The notes under the pieces were generated by a model. That model was not told the DNA's origin. It was given only the letters and a program-made list of their open reading frames with translations, and made no database searches. The position numbers and the translations under genes were made by a program. From Owenia fusiformis (Eukaryota): 64,000 bases of DNA. The stretch lies in assembly GCA_903813345.2 (NCBI GenBank), contig CAIIXF020000001.1, positions 3,224,001 to 3,288,000 of the forward strand. Reading direction: 5' to 3'. Of the stretch, positions 13,972 to 27,900 are shown piece by piece (positions within the stretch are counted from its first letter, which is position 1; every line of letters begins with the position of its first letter).

Positions 13972-16900
13972 TCATGTACAATCTGAATCCGGATTAGTTG
14001 CATTTCTTGTTCGACAAAATGTTTGCAGTGGTTGACTACACATTGTTATATCTTTATTCCATTGTGTGCCTGGAGGGCATGACTTCTGGAATATTGAGTC
14101 CCTACTGCAGTGCAAGAATGCTGAACAGTCACATGGATCTTCAGAGAAGTTGTCAAACACAGTTGGATTTTGTTTGGTGCTGGGACAGTCAAATTCTGTA
14201 AATCAAGATAATAATATAATTTTAGCCTCTTACAGTTAATGAAGTATTTTGGTTTACAAATGTAGCAACAGTAGCATACCTTTAATTTATTTCTATAGAG
14301 ACAAAGGGTCTGTGAGAAAAGACATGTTTATCCTATTAAGTGATATTATATAGTGGTGATGTAAAAAAGGATTAATAAACATACTGAATCCTGGTGGCAT
14401 TTTGAGACACTTTGGACTCTGCCCACTCCAAAATCCATTTGCTTGACAAACTCTGAATTTAGAGTTTACAATAAGATAGCCATCATCACAAATGTAAGTT
14501 GTAACACTTCCCAAGTCACCTCTTCCATTAATTACTTTTCCATTTACTGGAGCTTCTAGTACATCTTTACAAACATGAACAAATCCTGAAAGGGGAAAAA
14601 CAATTTTCTCTCACATACTCGTATACTATGTACTTACTGGACAATACGGTACTGTTCTATACGTTACTCAATTTCAAAATGCTTGACCACAAAACATGCC
14701 ATATGTATGTTACTGTAAAGGGACTAAACTTACTAAAGTCACAGTTTGTTCCTGCCCAGTCATCTGCACAACTACAAGTGTAGCTATTATATCCATCAAT
14801 ACATGTTCCATTATTAGCACAAGGATTGCTCAAGCACTGGTCAAGTTCTTATAAGACAGAAATATTGAATGTTTTAATTGATCTTGGTTACTGGTATGGT
14901 AATATGTTACTTTATGAAGAGTTTATCTTTGTGTCAGATCACAATATGTCCACATATACATACTCATTGTTAATTTGTACATGGTATTAATTGTTAGTCT
15001 ACAAAGCAAATGTATGAAATATGTTGAGAAAGGCATCTAAAAGTGCTTCTTGTTTATAGTATTGCAATGTCACAATAACCCATAAAATAACATAAAGGGT
15101 CTTAAAATGTTAACTATCACTTAATGTTTTTATTTCTTAGATTGCTAAGTCATTATGTAAATAGATACTTTGATGTTTGTAGTAATTGCAACAATAAAAA
15201 AATTAAAATTATGAAACACAATAAATCCGAGCATAAATATTGACATACACAACTTCATATGATTCATTTCTAAATATAAATCTCAAATAATATTGAATCT
15301 ATCACTTATTGTAGATTGTATTGATTCAATCCAATCCCTTACCAGAAAGATCAATATTTGGATCAGGCGTTGGTGATGGACAAGTGACATCACAGACAGG
15401 ACAATCAACTGTTGTAGTAACTGTGGTACCCTCCTCTTCATTCTAAATAATCAATAGGCCTTATCAAATCCTTTTACCACATTATGCAACATTATTCTTA
15501 TCATACATGTTATTTTCAAAACTCATTTTATTTTTCGTAGTTTTAATAGTTTAACAGAATAGCTTAGATATCATTTTCAGAAGAAAGATAAGCAACAACA
15601 AAATTTTGTACATTCACTTTAGAAACAAAAATGGAGTTTATTTACTTATCTACTTAGCTCATGAGAATAATTGGTTGTGATATTGAATATGTACTTACAA
15701 TAGCACAGTTTTCTCCATTTGCATCACATGCCTGACATACACATTCAACACAAAATGGTCGTTTATCTGTGACCTTGTTATATTTATTTGCGCAGAATGA
15801 ATCATCTGAACACCCATCTCCTGTAAAATAATGTTTAATATTAAAAACAGATAACCAACCATATGATTATACTACATAAACTAGATTCAAGGTCTCACAA
15901 TGACAATAGGCAAACTTACAAAAAAATGTTCAAAAGTAGTTTTAATAGTTTAGTATAGAGTTCTAACATCCACAACTAATAAAACTTATACACAAAGGTT
16001 CCAACTATTCAAATGATGCATTCAGCACAGTAATTTTAAAACAGGATTGTATTTGTTTAAAAGCAGAATAAGCACACTACATGTATTTGCTCATGATGTT
16101 CTGCATAATTGAAACACAGAATACATTCATTCCAAGCAGTAAACATCTATTTCCATTTCAAATTAATACCCATAGGTTAAACACTAGTAGAGATATAGAT
16201 GACGGGGGGGGGCATCAGAGGCCTAACAACAAAATGAAATACTCAGTGGGTTTACCTTGGATTATGCAAACTCCTTCCTCATTTGTCCATTTAGGTTTCG
16301 ACTCTGAACATGCTCTTTTTGTGCTGCCTTCCAAATTTGAGCATACATTTGTTTTGCAAGAATAATTTGCGAGGCACTTTTTCTTTTTTTTACTGCATCG
16401 TATAGACAATTCAGTGTTATCTGGAGTGGGTAGGTCTGGACATCCAAACTTGGCAGACACCATGACAACTTCTTTTGGGGCTTCTGTCGTAGTAACAGTC
16501 TGGAGGCATGATTATTACAATATTACAAGACTTATAAACCACTCTCTATAAAGTCTCACATTTGATGCTGACCACTTTAATATGCTATTTATCATTACAA
16601 TTTACTCTACATGTCTGAAAATAATTAAACCAGGCCTTAATGATTTGGTAAGATCATGAAAATTCTCAAATAATAGAGTAATTATGCTAGTACCTCGTGG
16701 CAAACCTTACTTATTAATGCAATGAAACTACTCCTTTGTTTTGAAAACCAGATATGTTACAAGGTCTATTATAGCATGTTGAGACATTTAAGCATGTTAG
16801 ATGCTTTTCAGGAAAAAAAAGATAAATAAATTGCATTGCACTTTTAGCTTCTTAAAAAGATGAACCCTCAAATGTACAAAGAGAAATTTCATTTGAGGAA

Positions 16901-19900
16901 CAACAATTATCTAAATCTGTTTTCACCTTTTTCCCCTTTGGTGCCTGTGCGTACATATTTACTTACAGTTGTTTCGACAGTGGTACCTTCTGTGGTTGTG
17001 GTTATCTCTGGATCACAGTCACCTAAAGGATCTTCACATGTCTGGCATGTACAGTTAACACAGAATGGGGCAGTGCTTCTACAAGGGGCACTATCAGAGC
17101 AACCATCTCCTAGAATTAATATGGTTTGACATCAATGCATGACTAGAATGTAAAGGAGTGACAAACCCTCATAGCAGACCCTAATGCTTTTTGCCAAACT
17201 AAAAATATAGTTTGGCTGTGTATAATAGCCAAACAAGGAAATAAAAATTGCAGAATAACTACTAAAAATAAACCATATAACCAAAAAAGAAACTACTAAT
17301 ACATGTACAATCTACATGCTAATAAATGATCGTAATTACTCTTCAAAACCAACCTATTAACATAAAAGCGAAAATGAAACAGTTTTATATAACCGTTCAG
17401 TTTATTAATGTAAATGTACCTTGTATATCACAAACAGGAGGCGATTTGTTCCAAGACCCTTCTTTGCACCTTTGACTTACTGCCCCATTCAATGTGAAAC
17501 ATTCATTACATGCATAATCAGCAACACAAACTTGATTTTTCACATTACTACAATCAAAAGATACACTTCCACCTTCAGGAGCTGGAAGTGATGGACAGTT
17601 GAACTCTAACGGTTCCATTGTTGTTGTTGACTCTGTTGTTGTTGATTTTGTTGTACTTGGTTCTGTCACTGTACCTTCACATTTACCCTCTGGATCATCA
17701 CATGTTTGACAAACACAGTTCACACAAAATGGTGCAGAACTAGCACATGGATTCAATGTTGAGCAACCATCTCCTTTTAAAAGCATAAGATTAAACAAAT
17801 TTAAAAAACAAAAACAAAATAATTAAAAAGTACAAAGGCCAAGTACAATATTGAACAGACTGAATAAGCACAAAAAAAAGAAATATGTATTTAACTAATC
17901 AAATAAGCACAAAATTCAATGAACTAAAAATGCACAGTGTGTAACAGATGCATGACACAACATTTGACTGATTTATCTGCACAATATTCAACATGTTGCA
18001 AACAACAAAGCAAAATCAGTGGACTTGACAGCAATACCAGATTCATATAAATGACTCATCAAGCAAACTGACACTTTAAAATCCATACAACCATTGAAAT
18101 TTTATACTTCATTGTCTGCAGAATCGCCACAATAACTACCTTACCTTGTATATCACAGACTGGAGGTGATTTGTTCCAAGTACCATCTTTGCATCTTTGT
18201 CTGTCTGTCCCATTCAAGGTGAAACATTCATTACATGCATAATCAGCAACACAAACTTGATTTTTCACATTACTACAATCAAAAGATACACTTCCAAATT
18301 CAGGAGATGGAAGTGATAGACAGTTGAACTCTAAAGGCTGCAATGTTGTTGTTTTCGGTTCTGTTGTTACTGGCTCTGTCACAGTATCTGGTTCTTCTCC
18401 ACATTTACCCTCTGGGTCATCACATGTTTGACATGTACAATTCACGCAAAATGGAGCAGAACTTCCACATGGATTCAATGTTGAGCAACCGTCTCCTTTT
18501 AAAAGCATATTGTTTAATTCATCAAAGTATGCAAAAGCAAAATAATAAGACCAGAACAGTAGAGCACTGAGCAAAATATATTGAATTAGTACAAAACCAA
18601 GCACGTGTATTCCACATTCAAATAAGCACAATATCAAAACTGCATTTGCATTACTTTTCATGCTTTTACTCTAATGCCTTCTAAGCACATTTAAGCACAA
18701 CATCTCTAAAAATAAATTTTTACATAACAAAATTTAAATAACAAAATTCACCCGTAAAAAGTGTATGGAAAAATAAAATTGAAATCCTTTTTTAAATCAT
18801 ACTCGTAAAAAACATGAATCATAATTGAAATGTTTGATTGAATTCCTTTCATTGTAACATTCAAATCTAAATTTTTCTAATTGGGCAGCCTTCTTGAATA
18901 TTTCATGATGTCACTTTGCAATGATCTCAAAACTCATTTTGGCTGAGACATTTAGCAGAAAGATCATATGATGTTGATGATCTAGTCTTCAATATCTATA
19001 AATTAAATACAATAAAGAAAAAGAATACTGTGGAGAGATTTCTAAGCCATTTTGAAAAAGTATACATCTTAACACTTAACAAAAGTTAATTGTTATAATT
19101 AAGTTATTCACCAAATGGACATACTTCATGAAAATAGGCCAAAAATACCTTGGATTACACAAACTGGGGGCGATTTATTCCAAACTCCCTTTTTGCATTT
19201 CCTTTGACTAGTTCCATCCAACGTAAAACATGTATTACAAGTGTAGTCTGCTGCACAAATCTTCTTTGTTGTGTCACTGCAATCAAATGTAACTTCTCCA
19301 TCAGTAGGTGCAGGTAAGGATTCACAACCAAAGTCTAAAGGTTGTTCTGTGGGAGCTTCTGTGGGTTCTGTTACTGCTTCTGTTACAGAATCTGTGACAT
19401 TTGCCTCTGTAGATGTACCTTCTGTTGGAGAAACTGAAGTACAATTTTCTGGAAAACATCATTGATTTACTTCACTAACTCATTGATCAATGTGGTAAAG
19501 TTTACAAATGTTAGTTACATCAATACTAGTTAAGGTTTTTCTACAATTCAGATTTTCTTGAAAAAATCTAGGTGAAAGGTATACTGATTTATTCCATTGT
19601 ATGTAATGACTCATATTGATAAAATATGTCTTGATAGATCAACGAGTGTGTCATATAAAAAGAGATGAAGAAAATATATTGTGGACAGTTAAAAATGAAA
19701 AAAGGATTCGAACCAAATCTCTCGGGCTCAAAAACTTTCATTCCCAGTCTAAGACCCATGTGGCATTTGATCAAAAAGGTGAATTTTTAGGGATTAGAGA
19801 TGCACAAACTGACTGCCAAATGAACACTGAAGTTCTACCTTGAGTGACACTAAAGGTGCACTATGCACTTCTATATTCCAGATCATTATTTGCAATGTAA

Positions 19901-21288
19901 AGGATATATACAACATATGCAGGATATCTTATACCTTGCAGTTGACATTCTGGAGCCTTCTTTGTGTACGTCCCAGATCCTGCTAGGCAATTACGTTTGT
20001 CATTATTAAGCAATGTGTAACATTCATTACATGTATAGACTGCTTGACATTTTTTATCGTTACATGTTACAACAACATTTCCATTTTCAAGGATCTCTTC
20101 GGGACACCCCAAAGCCTCTGGTGAAGACACGCCTCTCTTTCTTCTGGTATTGATCATACGGCAATTATACTCATCTGAAAATGATTAAATTGTGCAACTA
20201 ACAAAAGTGCCATTCTTAATAGTTAATCAACTCAATTTGCATCCACATAAACAATTAGATTACATGTCTTAATTCACGATTGAATCCTGATTTGCATGTG
20301 TAGTTTGTTGACTGAAAATTTCATAACATAATATTAATATAAATGACTTGCAAACTAGACATGATGCAAATGTAAATTGTGTTTTTGTTTATTATTTGCT
20401 CGTCAATGAGACAAGGTGATATGTAAAAATATGTACTTACCACCTTCCGATGTCAACATCCTCTTTACCCTGCTGTTGCTACTGCTCAATTTGACCTTGA
20501 AAGTTTGATGATTTGAAAAATAAGTTAGAGAATATAATTTTTGGTGTAGGCTAATGAAATTAAAGGATCAAACAAGAAAAACAGCAACTACATAGTATAG
20601 CGAATCACAACAAACAGAACTTATTTTATCACAAGTCATATCTCTCCACTTAGTGATCAGTTTTTCCACATCCCTCAACAATTTTACCCCATGTTTATCA
20701 AATAATTAACAAGCATGTAGAGCACTGCTACAAAATAAGAAATGAATAAAATGTAATTTTTACGAAAAATGGGAGATATTTTGAATTGATTGCCAAAATT
20801 TGGAAATTTGAGCATAAGTCCTCTGCCTCTAAGACATCAGTCAATGAAATTTTAACAAAATCCATGGATTTGAGTTATTGACAGACAAACAGATTCTCTA
20901 CATTCAAATTCAAACTTCCTTTTATTGTGTGATAACAATTTCGATTTATGATTTTTGTCCCACATACAAAATATTTTACTTATTTCTCTCTCAAGAAATT
21001 ACTCTCTCAAAGCTTTAACCCACGTCACATTTGATGACTTATCTTTCCTGTTTAATGACACGCAGAGATTAAATTCAAAGAAAAATCAATAAATTCTTTT
21101 AAGCATTTAGACAGGATCTATTTAAAGACTATTTCTAAATGATAAATAATCAAAATAAATTACTACAGAATATCCTGAAAAGTAAAATTTCTTACCTGAT
21201 ATGGTTCATAATTCAAGATAATCTCTGTAAACAAACCATCAAAACTACACAAAATAAAACACAAAAATACTATTGATTTGTCAGCCAT
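13972..21288 (-). CDS. Secreted multidomain protein (gene C): signal peptide, two furin sites, five variant sushi domains with Cys-rich and Thr-rich spacers, Ca-EGF, canonical sushi, C-terminal chitin-binding CBM14-like domain
   Basis: 13 phase-compatible GT-AG exons: 21288-21196 (MADKSIVFLCFILCSF..), 20495-20441 (RVKR), 20174-19935 (RRKR + sushi), 19448-19149, 18495-18145, 17773-17420, 17109-16967, 16499-16256, 15820-15699, 15442-15343, 14847-14734 (LDQCLSNPCANNGTCIDGYNSYTCSCADDWAGTNC, EGF), 14585-14385 (sushi), 14195-13972 (DPCDCSAFLHC...CPPGTQWNKDITMC, ChtBD2-like). Confidence 0.85.
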
Positions 21289-21857
21289 ATTTTTTGAAGT
21301 TGAAAAAAGTAGGTAAGGGTTGATATTATTTTTTCATATCAAATTAATTATATGCTCAATGAAGCAAGTTATTTTATAAATAATATGTGATTATGTTTTC
21401 AGCAAATTCCTATTACACTTTTTCTCATATTAATCAATATATTGATTTTTGAATAAAAACACAAGTATTTCCATTTTACCCCCTCAAAATGATTCTCATG
21501 ATTTTTATGTAAGTTCCCATAACAAAGTGTTATAAATCCTCTTATGGTAAGTTTATAGAGTTTTTAGGTCTCGATTAGTTCCCCTAATTGACGTTCATTA
21601 TGATAAAGAATCATTAACAACAAGTGAATGAAATCAATCACTTGAGTTCAAATGAGAGTGAGCCTTGTCAGTTCCAAATCGTATGTGTCAAGTAGGATTC
21701 TTTGAAATATTTGGATCAACAAGACTTTCTACCTTTTGACATGCTACTATATTTTCTACAACTGTTTAAATAAAATACTACGTAGCTATGATCAAAAACT
21801 TGATGAATTTGGAAAAAATGCAAAGGCATCTTGCAAATATTTTTTATGGTACAGTAT

Positions 21858-22300
21858 ACAATTGTTGACCTCTCCAGAGGTCAACCGGCAAAATTGTATA
21901 CCGAGACTGTAAACCGAGAAGCTACTGTTGACAGAGACCGAAGGTCGAGGTCAACAGTGTTTCAAGGTTTACAGTCGAGGTATATGATTTTGACGGTTAA
22001 CCGAATGGAGAGGTCTACAATTGTTTTGTTAGTCAGAAGAAACTAATAATACTCATATATACGACAGTCATCAATCATGGCTTCATTTCACAATCTTTTC
22101 TATGAACCACGCCAGCAATAATTTACCATGTTTTTTCTGTAAACATTGTGACGTCATATTTCCCATAATTCACAAGTGTAGTACAGTAACATACGCGGTC
22201 AATAATATGATATCCCATGATGCACAAGTGAGGTACAGGCAAAAATGTTGACCGCTAATTGACCAATCAGATGCGAGTATTTACACTGAGGTACTAACAA
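21858..22300. mobile_element. Palindrome-centred non-autonomous element
   Basis: 21858-22025 is an imperfect ~170-bp hairpin (ACAATTGTTGACCTCTCC...GACCGAAGGTC...GGAGAGGTCTACAATTGT), followed by TGACGTCA and GACCAATCAGA motifs. Confidence 0.55.
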
Positions 22301-22606
22301 TATTACATATTTTTCATTTGACTTCTGTCTTGTCACTTAATTTTTCATATAATATTTAGTTCAATCAACTTACAATATACCAACAATGCCTGGAAGTGAA
22401 ATATTTGAATGAATATCTCTAATCTTTTTGAGAAATTATATTTTAAAACAATATTTATAATAGCTGGGATGAATAAGTACTTTTGTAATTTTCCACATTA
22501 GGAGAGTGATATTCCACTAAACCAATTACATGGGGTTCATGTATCCAGCTCATTAAATTAGCAGGACACCCTGTAGTTGTGAAAGAGGTCTATCAAATGA
22601 AAAATG

Positions 22607-23007
22607 CAGATGCGAGTAAGTAGTTACCAGTTTCACCACCAGGTGGCTCGTTCGGGTCAGATAGTATGGCGGGTATAGTAGAAACTTCCCTTTAGCTTAA
22701 ATTACATCTATTTTAGTGGTTCAATTTTCATATAACCCTTATGTATCTAATTGTTATGTAAATTAAAAAATGTCCAGTAAAAGAAAATGTTATCTGTCCA
22801 ATACAAGAAAAGATATTTCACTTTTTGTGATTTTGTAACATGGGGTCTATGGGGAATCAACCCGAACTAGAAGTTCAAAGTTAATAAACAATTTTTGAAA
22901 CCATATTTCTAAATGTACTTTTACATGTAGATTTCAAATATGACATCACTTTGACTGAATTTTGAATATTAAATGACGTAAATCAAGATTATTTCTACTC
23001 GCATCTA
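22607..23007. mobile_element. Short-TIR MITE candidate
   Basis: CAGATGCGAGTA at 22607 and TACTCGCATCTA at 22996-23007. No clear TSD. Confidence 0.4.
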
Positions 23008-23847
23008 GTCTATTCATACATTCCTATTGCACATATTGAAAGGATATACATAAAAAATCACTGATTTCAAGAGATATCTCTTTTAATTTTATCTACCAAT
23101 TGTTATGAATAGCTGCTTGATAAATGCCAATTTTATATCATGGAATGGTTGAAATGATATGACAAAAATCATAAGGTGTCCTTTTAATTCCATAGTTCAT
23201 CTATTTAATCAAACGATGGATTTCACATTTCATAGCATTTAGCATGTGACATACATGACTTGAATCATGTCATCATCAATCAAGTCAATGTGTCTAGGTT
23301 TATAAAAAGTAATAATTTATGTGAACTGTTTTCATTATTACAGGTAGTATTATCATTTTTGCGACACATTCCAAAAATATCATTGATATAATTGGGAAAC
23401 GCTATGAAGCAAAATACTAGCCTGGTATGAGCAAAAAAGGTTTAAGCAACTACTGAAGGCAGGAAATGTAAAACAGGCTTGTGTGTACTCATATGTGAGT
23501 ATGTTAATACAATGAAACGGATCATATGTTTATTCATAGCCAATTTGTTTGATTAAAAATTGAGTTGGAGCTATGGTACAACAGAAAGCGTGATATTAAG
23601 CACTTATTAAAGTGATTAGCTTCACTTGAATGAACAAACATCAAGCAATCCTTCAACTATAAATCATAATTGGATTGTTGTGTTAAAATCATCAATAATT
23701 AAAATAATTATTTGATTGAAATTAACATTTGATATGTCATACTCGTGATATGTACTCTTCTGGATACGTCTATTGATTCTCAATACTCTATACTTTTTAT
23801 CCTTAACTGGAGTTTTCAAAGGTTTATATTGTCAGTCTGCTTTTAGG

Positions 23848-24318
23848 AAGTGTTGTCGCGATTAATCGATACATCGCGATATACATCGCCAAAGCTGATT
23901 CTGGCGATGCATCGATGTCTGAAACAAAACATCGATGTTTTAAAAAAAAAATTAATTTGCTAAAAATCACCCTTTCTTATCTTATTTTGACGCAGATCGC
24001 TTACCTTTCTCATGACTTATTTCATTTTCCAATGTTTTCTGATATTCTTTCGCTTTAAAACTGCTTTAGCTAGTTGAAATGAACCATTAATGTAAAAAAA
24101 TTACTTTTACTTACATTTCACCGTTACTAGAAGTTCCCGGATGTACCAGCGTACTCTTATTAATTTGTTCTGTTCGGTATTTTAGTGCATTAGCATTCGG
24201 TATTTCAGTGCACTTTTCTCGGACTTTTTCTCGATGTACATCGCGATGTGCATCGATGTTTACTCCTGAAAATTGCCGATGCATCGATGTACGATTATGG
24301 CACATCGCGACAACACTA
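23848..24318. mobile_element. Non-autonomous hAT-type transposon
   Basis: TIRs (A/T)AGTGTTGTCGCGAT. Perfect 8-bp target duplication CTTTTAGG at 23840-23847 and 24319-24326. Subterminal ATCGAT/ATCGCGAT repeats. Confidence 0.85.
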
Positions 24319-24953
24319 CTTTTAGGGGTGATCAAGAAACAACATTTGTGTGACACCTATGTACAGATGCATGTATACACACGGAGGCACCATGTCAGCA
24401 CAAAAGATTACAGTATAGCACTTTGGAAGATGCGATAAAATAAGGTTAACCCATGGTACATATCTGTTTTGAAACGAACTATTTTTTACAGTATTATATG
24501 AATGACATCTATATTTATTTTTAATATTCACAATCAAGCTTTCACAAAAGTGATTCATATTTGATCTAATTAATTCATCAAATGGTAATACTTCAAAGAA
24601 CAGCTAGAACCACAGCCTACATTGTCTATGTTCATGTCACTTTGAATGTTTTAACTCAAGACTGCATACACAGTTCATGTACTGTAAACTATACTATATA
24701 TGATGGTGTAAAGTAAATGTATATGGAGGTGCCATTCAGATCATCACTTCTGCTAAGGTACTAGTGACTTTTAACAATATTATAATATGATTTCTAGCTT
24801 ATATACAACACTGAATAAGTAATATCACATGTTTTACTATTGGATGAAGAATCCAATATTTCTCATCTGTTTTGATATTGTTTTTGAAAACAAGTGATCC
24901 ATGAAAATGTATTATTTACAAATGTTTCACTGCTCCATATAATGCATGCTTTG

Positions 24954-27900
24954 CTATAATCCAGGCATCACATAAGCAATATTGTCCAAGATTTCAGATA
25001 ATTGTTCTTCAGAACATCCATTGGTTTCATGCAGTTGTTTTGTGAGACAAGTGAGAGGTCCTAATGCAGATATTAAAGAGTCCAATAGTACAGAAAGACT
25101 GCCTTGTACTGCTATGAAACCCTGCAATGTGAATGATATGGTGTATGTAGTGTACAAATATTTAAGAGTCCAATAGTACAGAGAGACTGCCTTGTACTTC
25201 TATGAAACCCTGCAATGTGAATGATATGGTGTGTGTAGTGTACAGATATTAAAGAGTCCAATAGTACAGAGAGACTGCCTTGTACTTCTATGAAACCCTG
25301 CAATGTGAATGATATGGTGTGTGTAGTGTACAGATATTAAAGAGTCCAATAGTACAGAGAGACTGCCTTGTACTGCTATGAAACCCTGCAATGTGAATGA
25401 TATGGTGTGTGTAGTGTACAGATATTGAAGAGTCCAATAGTACAGAAAGACTGCCTTGTACTGCTATGAGACCCTGCAATGTGAATGATATGGTGTATGT
25501 AGCGTACAGATATTAAAGAGTCCAATAGTACAGAAAGACTGCCTTGTACTTCTATGAAACCCTGCAATGTGAATGATATGGTGTGTGTAGTGTACAGATA
25601 TTAAAGACTCCAATAGTACAGAGAGACTGCCTTGTACTGCTATGAGACCCTGCAATGTGAATGATATGGTGTATGTAGCGTACAGATATTAAAGAGTCCA
25701 ATAGTACAGAAAGACTGCCTTGTACTGCTATGAAACCCTGCAATGTGGATGATATGGTGTGTGTAGTGTACAGATATTAAAGACTCCAATAGTACAGAAA
25801 GACTGCCTTGTACTGCTATGAAACCCTGCAATGTGAATGATATGGTGTATGTAGTGTACAGATATTGAAGTGTCCAATAGTACAGAAAGACTGCCTTGTA
25901 CTGCTATGAAACCCTGCAATGTGAATGATATGGTGTATGTTGTCTACAGATATTAAAGAGTCCAATAGTACAGAAAGACTGCCTTGTACTGCTATGAAAC
26001 CCTGCAATGTGAATGATATGGTGTATGTAGTGTACATATATTAAAGAGTCCAATAGTACAGAAAGACTGCCTTGTACTGCTATGAAACCCTGCAATGTGA
26101 ATGATATGGTGTATGTTGTGTACAGATATTAAAGAGTCCAATAGTACAGAAAGACTGCCTTGTACTTCTATGAAACCCTGCAATGTGAATGATATGGTGT
26201 GTGTAGTGTACAGATATTAAAGACTCCAATAGTACAGAGAGACTGTCTTGTACTGCTATGAAACCCTGCAATGTGAATGATATGGTGTATGTAGTGTACA
26301 GATATTGAAGAGTCCAATAGTACAGAAAGACTGCCTTGTACTGCTATGAAACCCTGCAATGTGAATGACATGGTGTATGTAGTGTACAGATATTAAAGAG
26401 TCCAATAGTACAGAAAGACTGCCTTGTACTGCTATGAAACCCTGCAATGTGAATGATATGGTGTATGTAGTGTACAGATATTGAAGAGTCCAATAGTACA
26501 GAAAGACTGCCTTGTACTGCTATGAGACCCTGCAATGTGAATGATATGGTGTATGTAGTGTACAGATATTAAAGAGTCCAATAGTACAGAAAGACTGCCT
26601 TGTACTGCTATGAGACCCTGCAATGTGAATGATATGGTGTATGTAGTTGCAGATATTAAAGAGTCCAATAGTACAGAAAGACTGCCTTGTACTGCTATGA
26701 GACCCTGCAATGTGAATGATATGGTGTATGTAGTGTACAGATATTAAAGAGTCCAATAGTACAGAAAGACTGCCTTGTACTGCTATGAAACCCTGCAATG
26801 TGAATGATATGGTGTGTGTAGTGTACAGATATTAAAAAGTCCAATAATACAGAAAGACTGCCTTGTACTGCTATGAAACCCTGCAATGTGAATGATATGG
26901 TGTATGTAGTGTACAGATATTGAAGAGTCCAATAGTACAGAAAGACTGCCTTGTACTGCTATGAGACCCTGCAATGTGAATGATATGGTGTATGTAGTGT
27001 ACAGATATTAAAGAGTCCAATAGTACAGAGAGACTGCCTTGTACTTCTATGAAACCCTGCAATGTGAATGATATGGTGTATGTAGTGTACAGATATTAAA
27101 GAGTCCAATAATACAGAAAGACTGCCTTGTACTGCTATGAAACCCTGCAATGTGAATGATATGGTGTATGTAGTGTACAGATATTAAAGAGTCCAATAGT
27201 ACAGAGAGACTGCCTTGTACTGCTATGAAACCCTGCAATGTGAATGATATGGTGTGTGTAGTGTACAGATATTAAAGAGTCCAATAGTACAGAGAGACTG
27301 CCTTGTACTTCTATGAAACCCTGCAATGTGAATGATATGGTGTATGTAGTGTACAGATATTAAAGAGTCAAATAGTACAGAAAGACTGCCTTGTACTGCT
27401 ATGAGACCCTGCAATGTGAATGATATGGTGTATGTAGTGTACAGATATTAAAGAGTCCAATAGTACAGAAAGACTGCCTTGTGCTGCTATGAGACCCTGC
27501 AATGTGAATGATATGGTGTATGTAGTGTACAGATATGAAAGAGTCCAATAGTACAGAAAGACTGCCTTGTACTCCTATGAAACCCTGCAATGTGAATGAT
27601 ATGGTGTGTGTAGTGTACAGATATTAAAAAGTCCAATAATACAGAAAGACTGCCTTGTACTGCTATGAAACCCTGCAATGTGAATGATATGGTGTATGTA
27701 GTGTACAGATATTGAAGAGTCCAATAGTACAGAAAGACTGCCTTGTACTGCTATGAGACCCTGCAATGTGAATGATATGGTGTATGTAGTGTACAGATAT
27801 TAAAGAGTCCAATAGTACAGAGAGACTGCCTTGTACTTCTATGAAACCCTGCAATGTGAATGATATGGTGTATGTAGTGTACAGATATTAAAGAGTCCAA

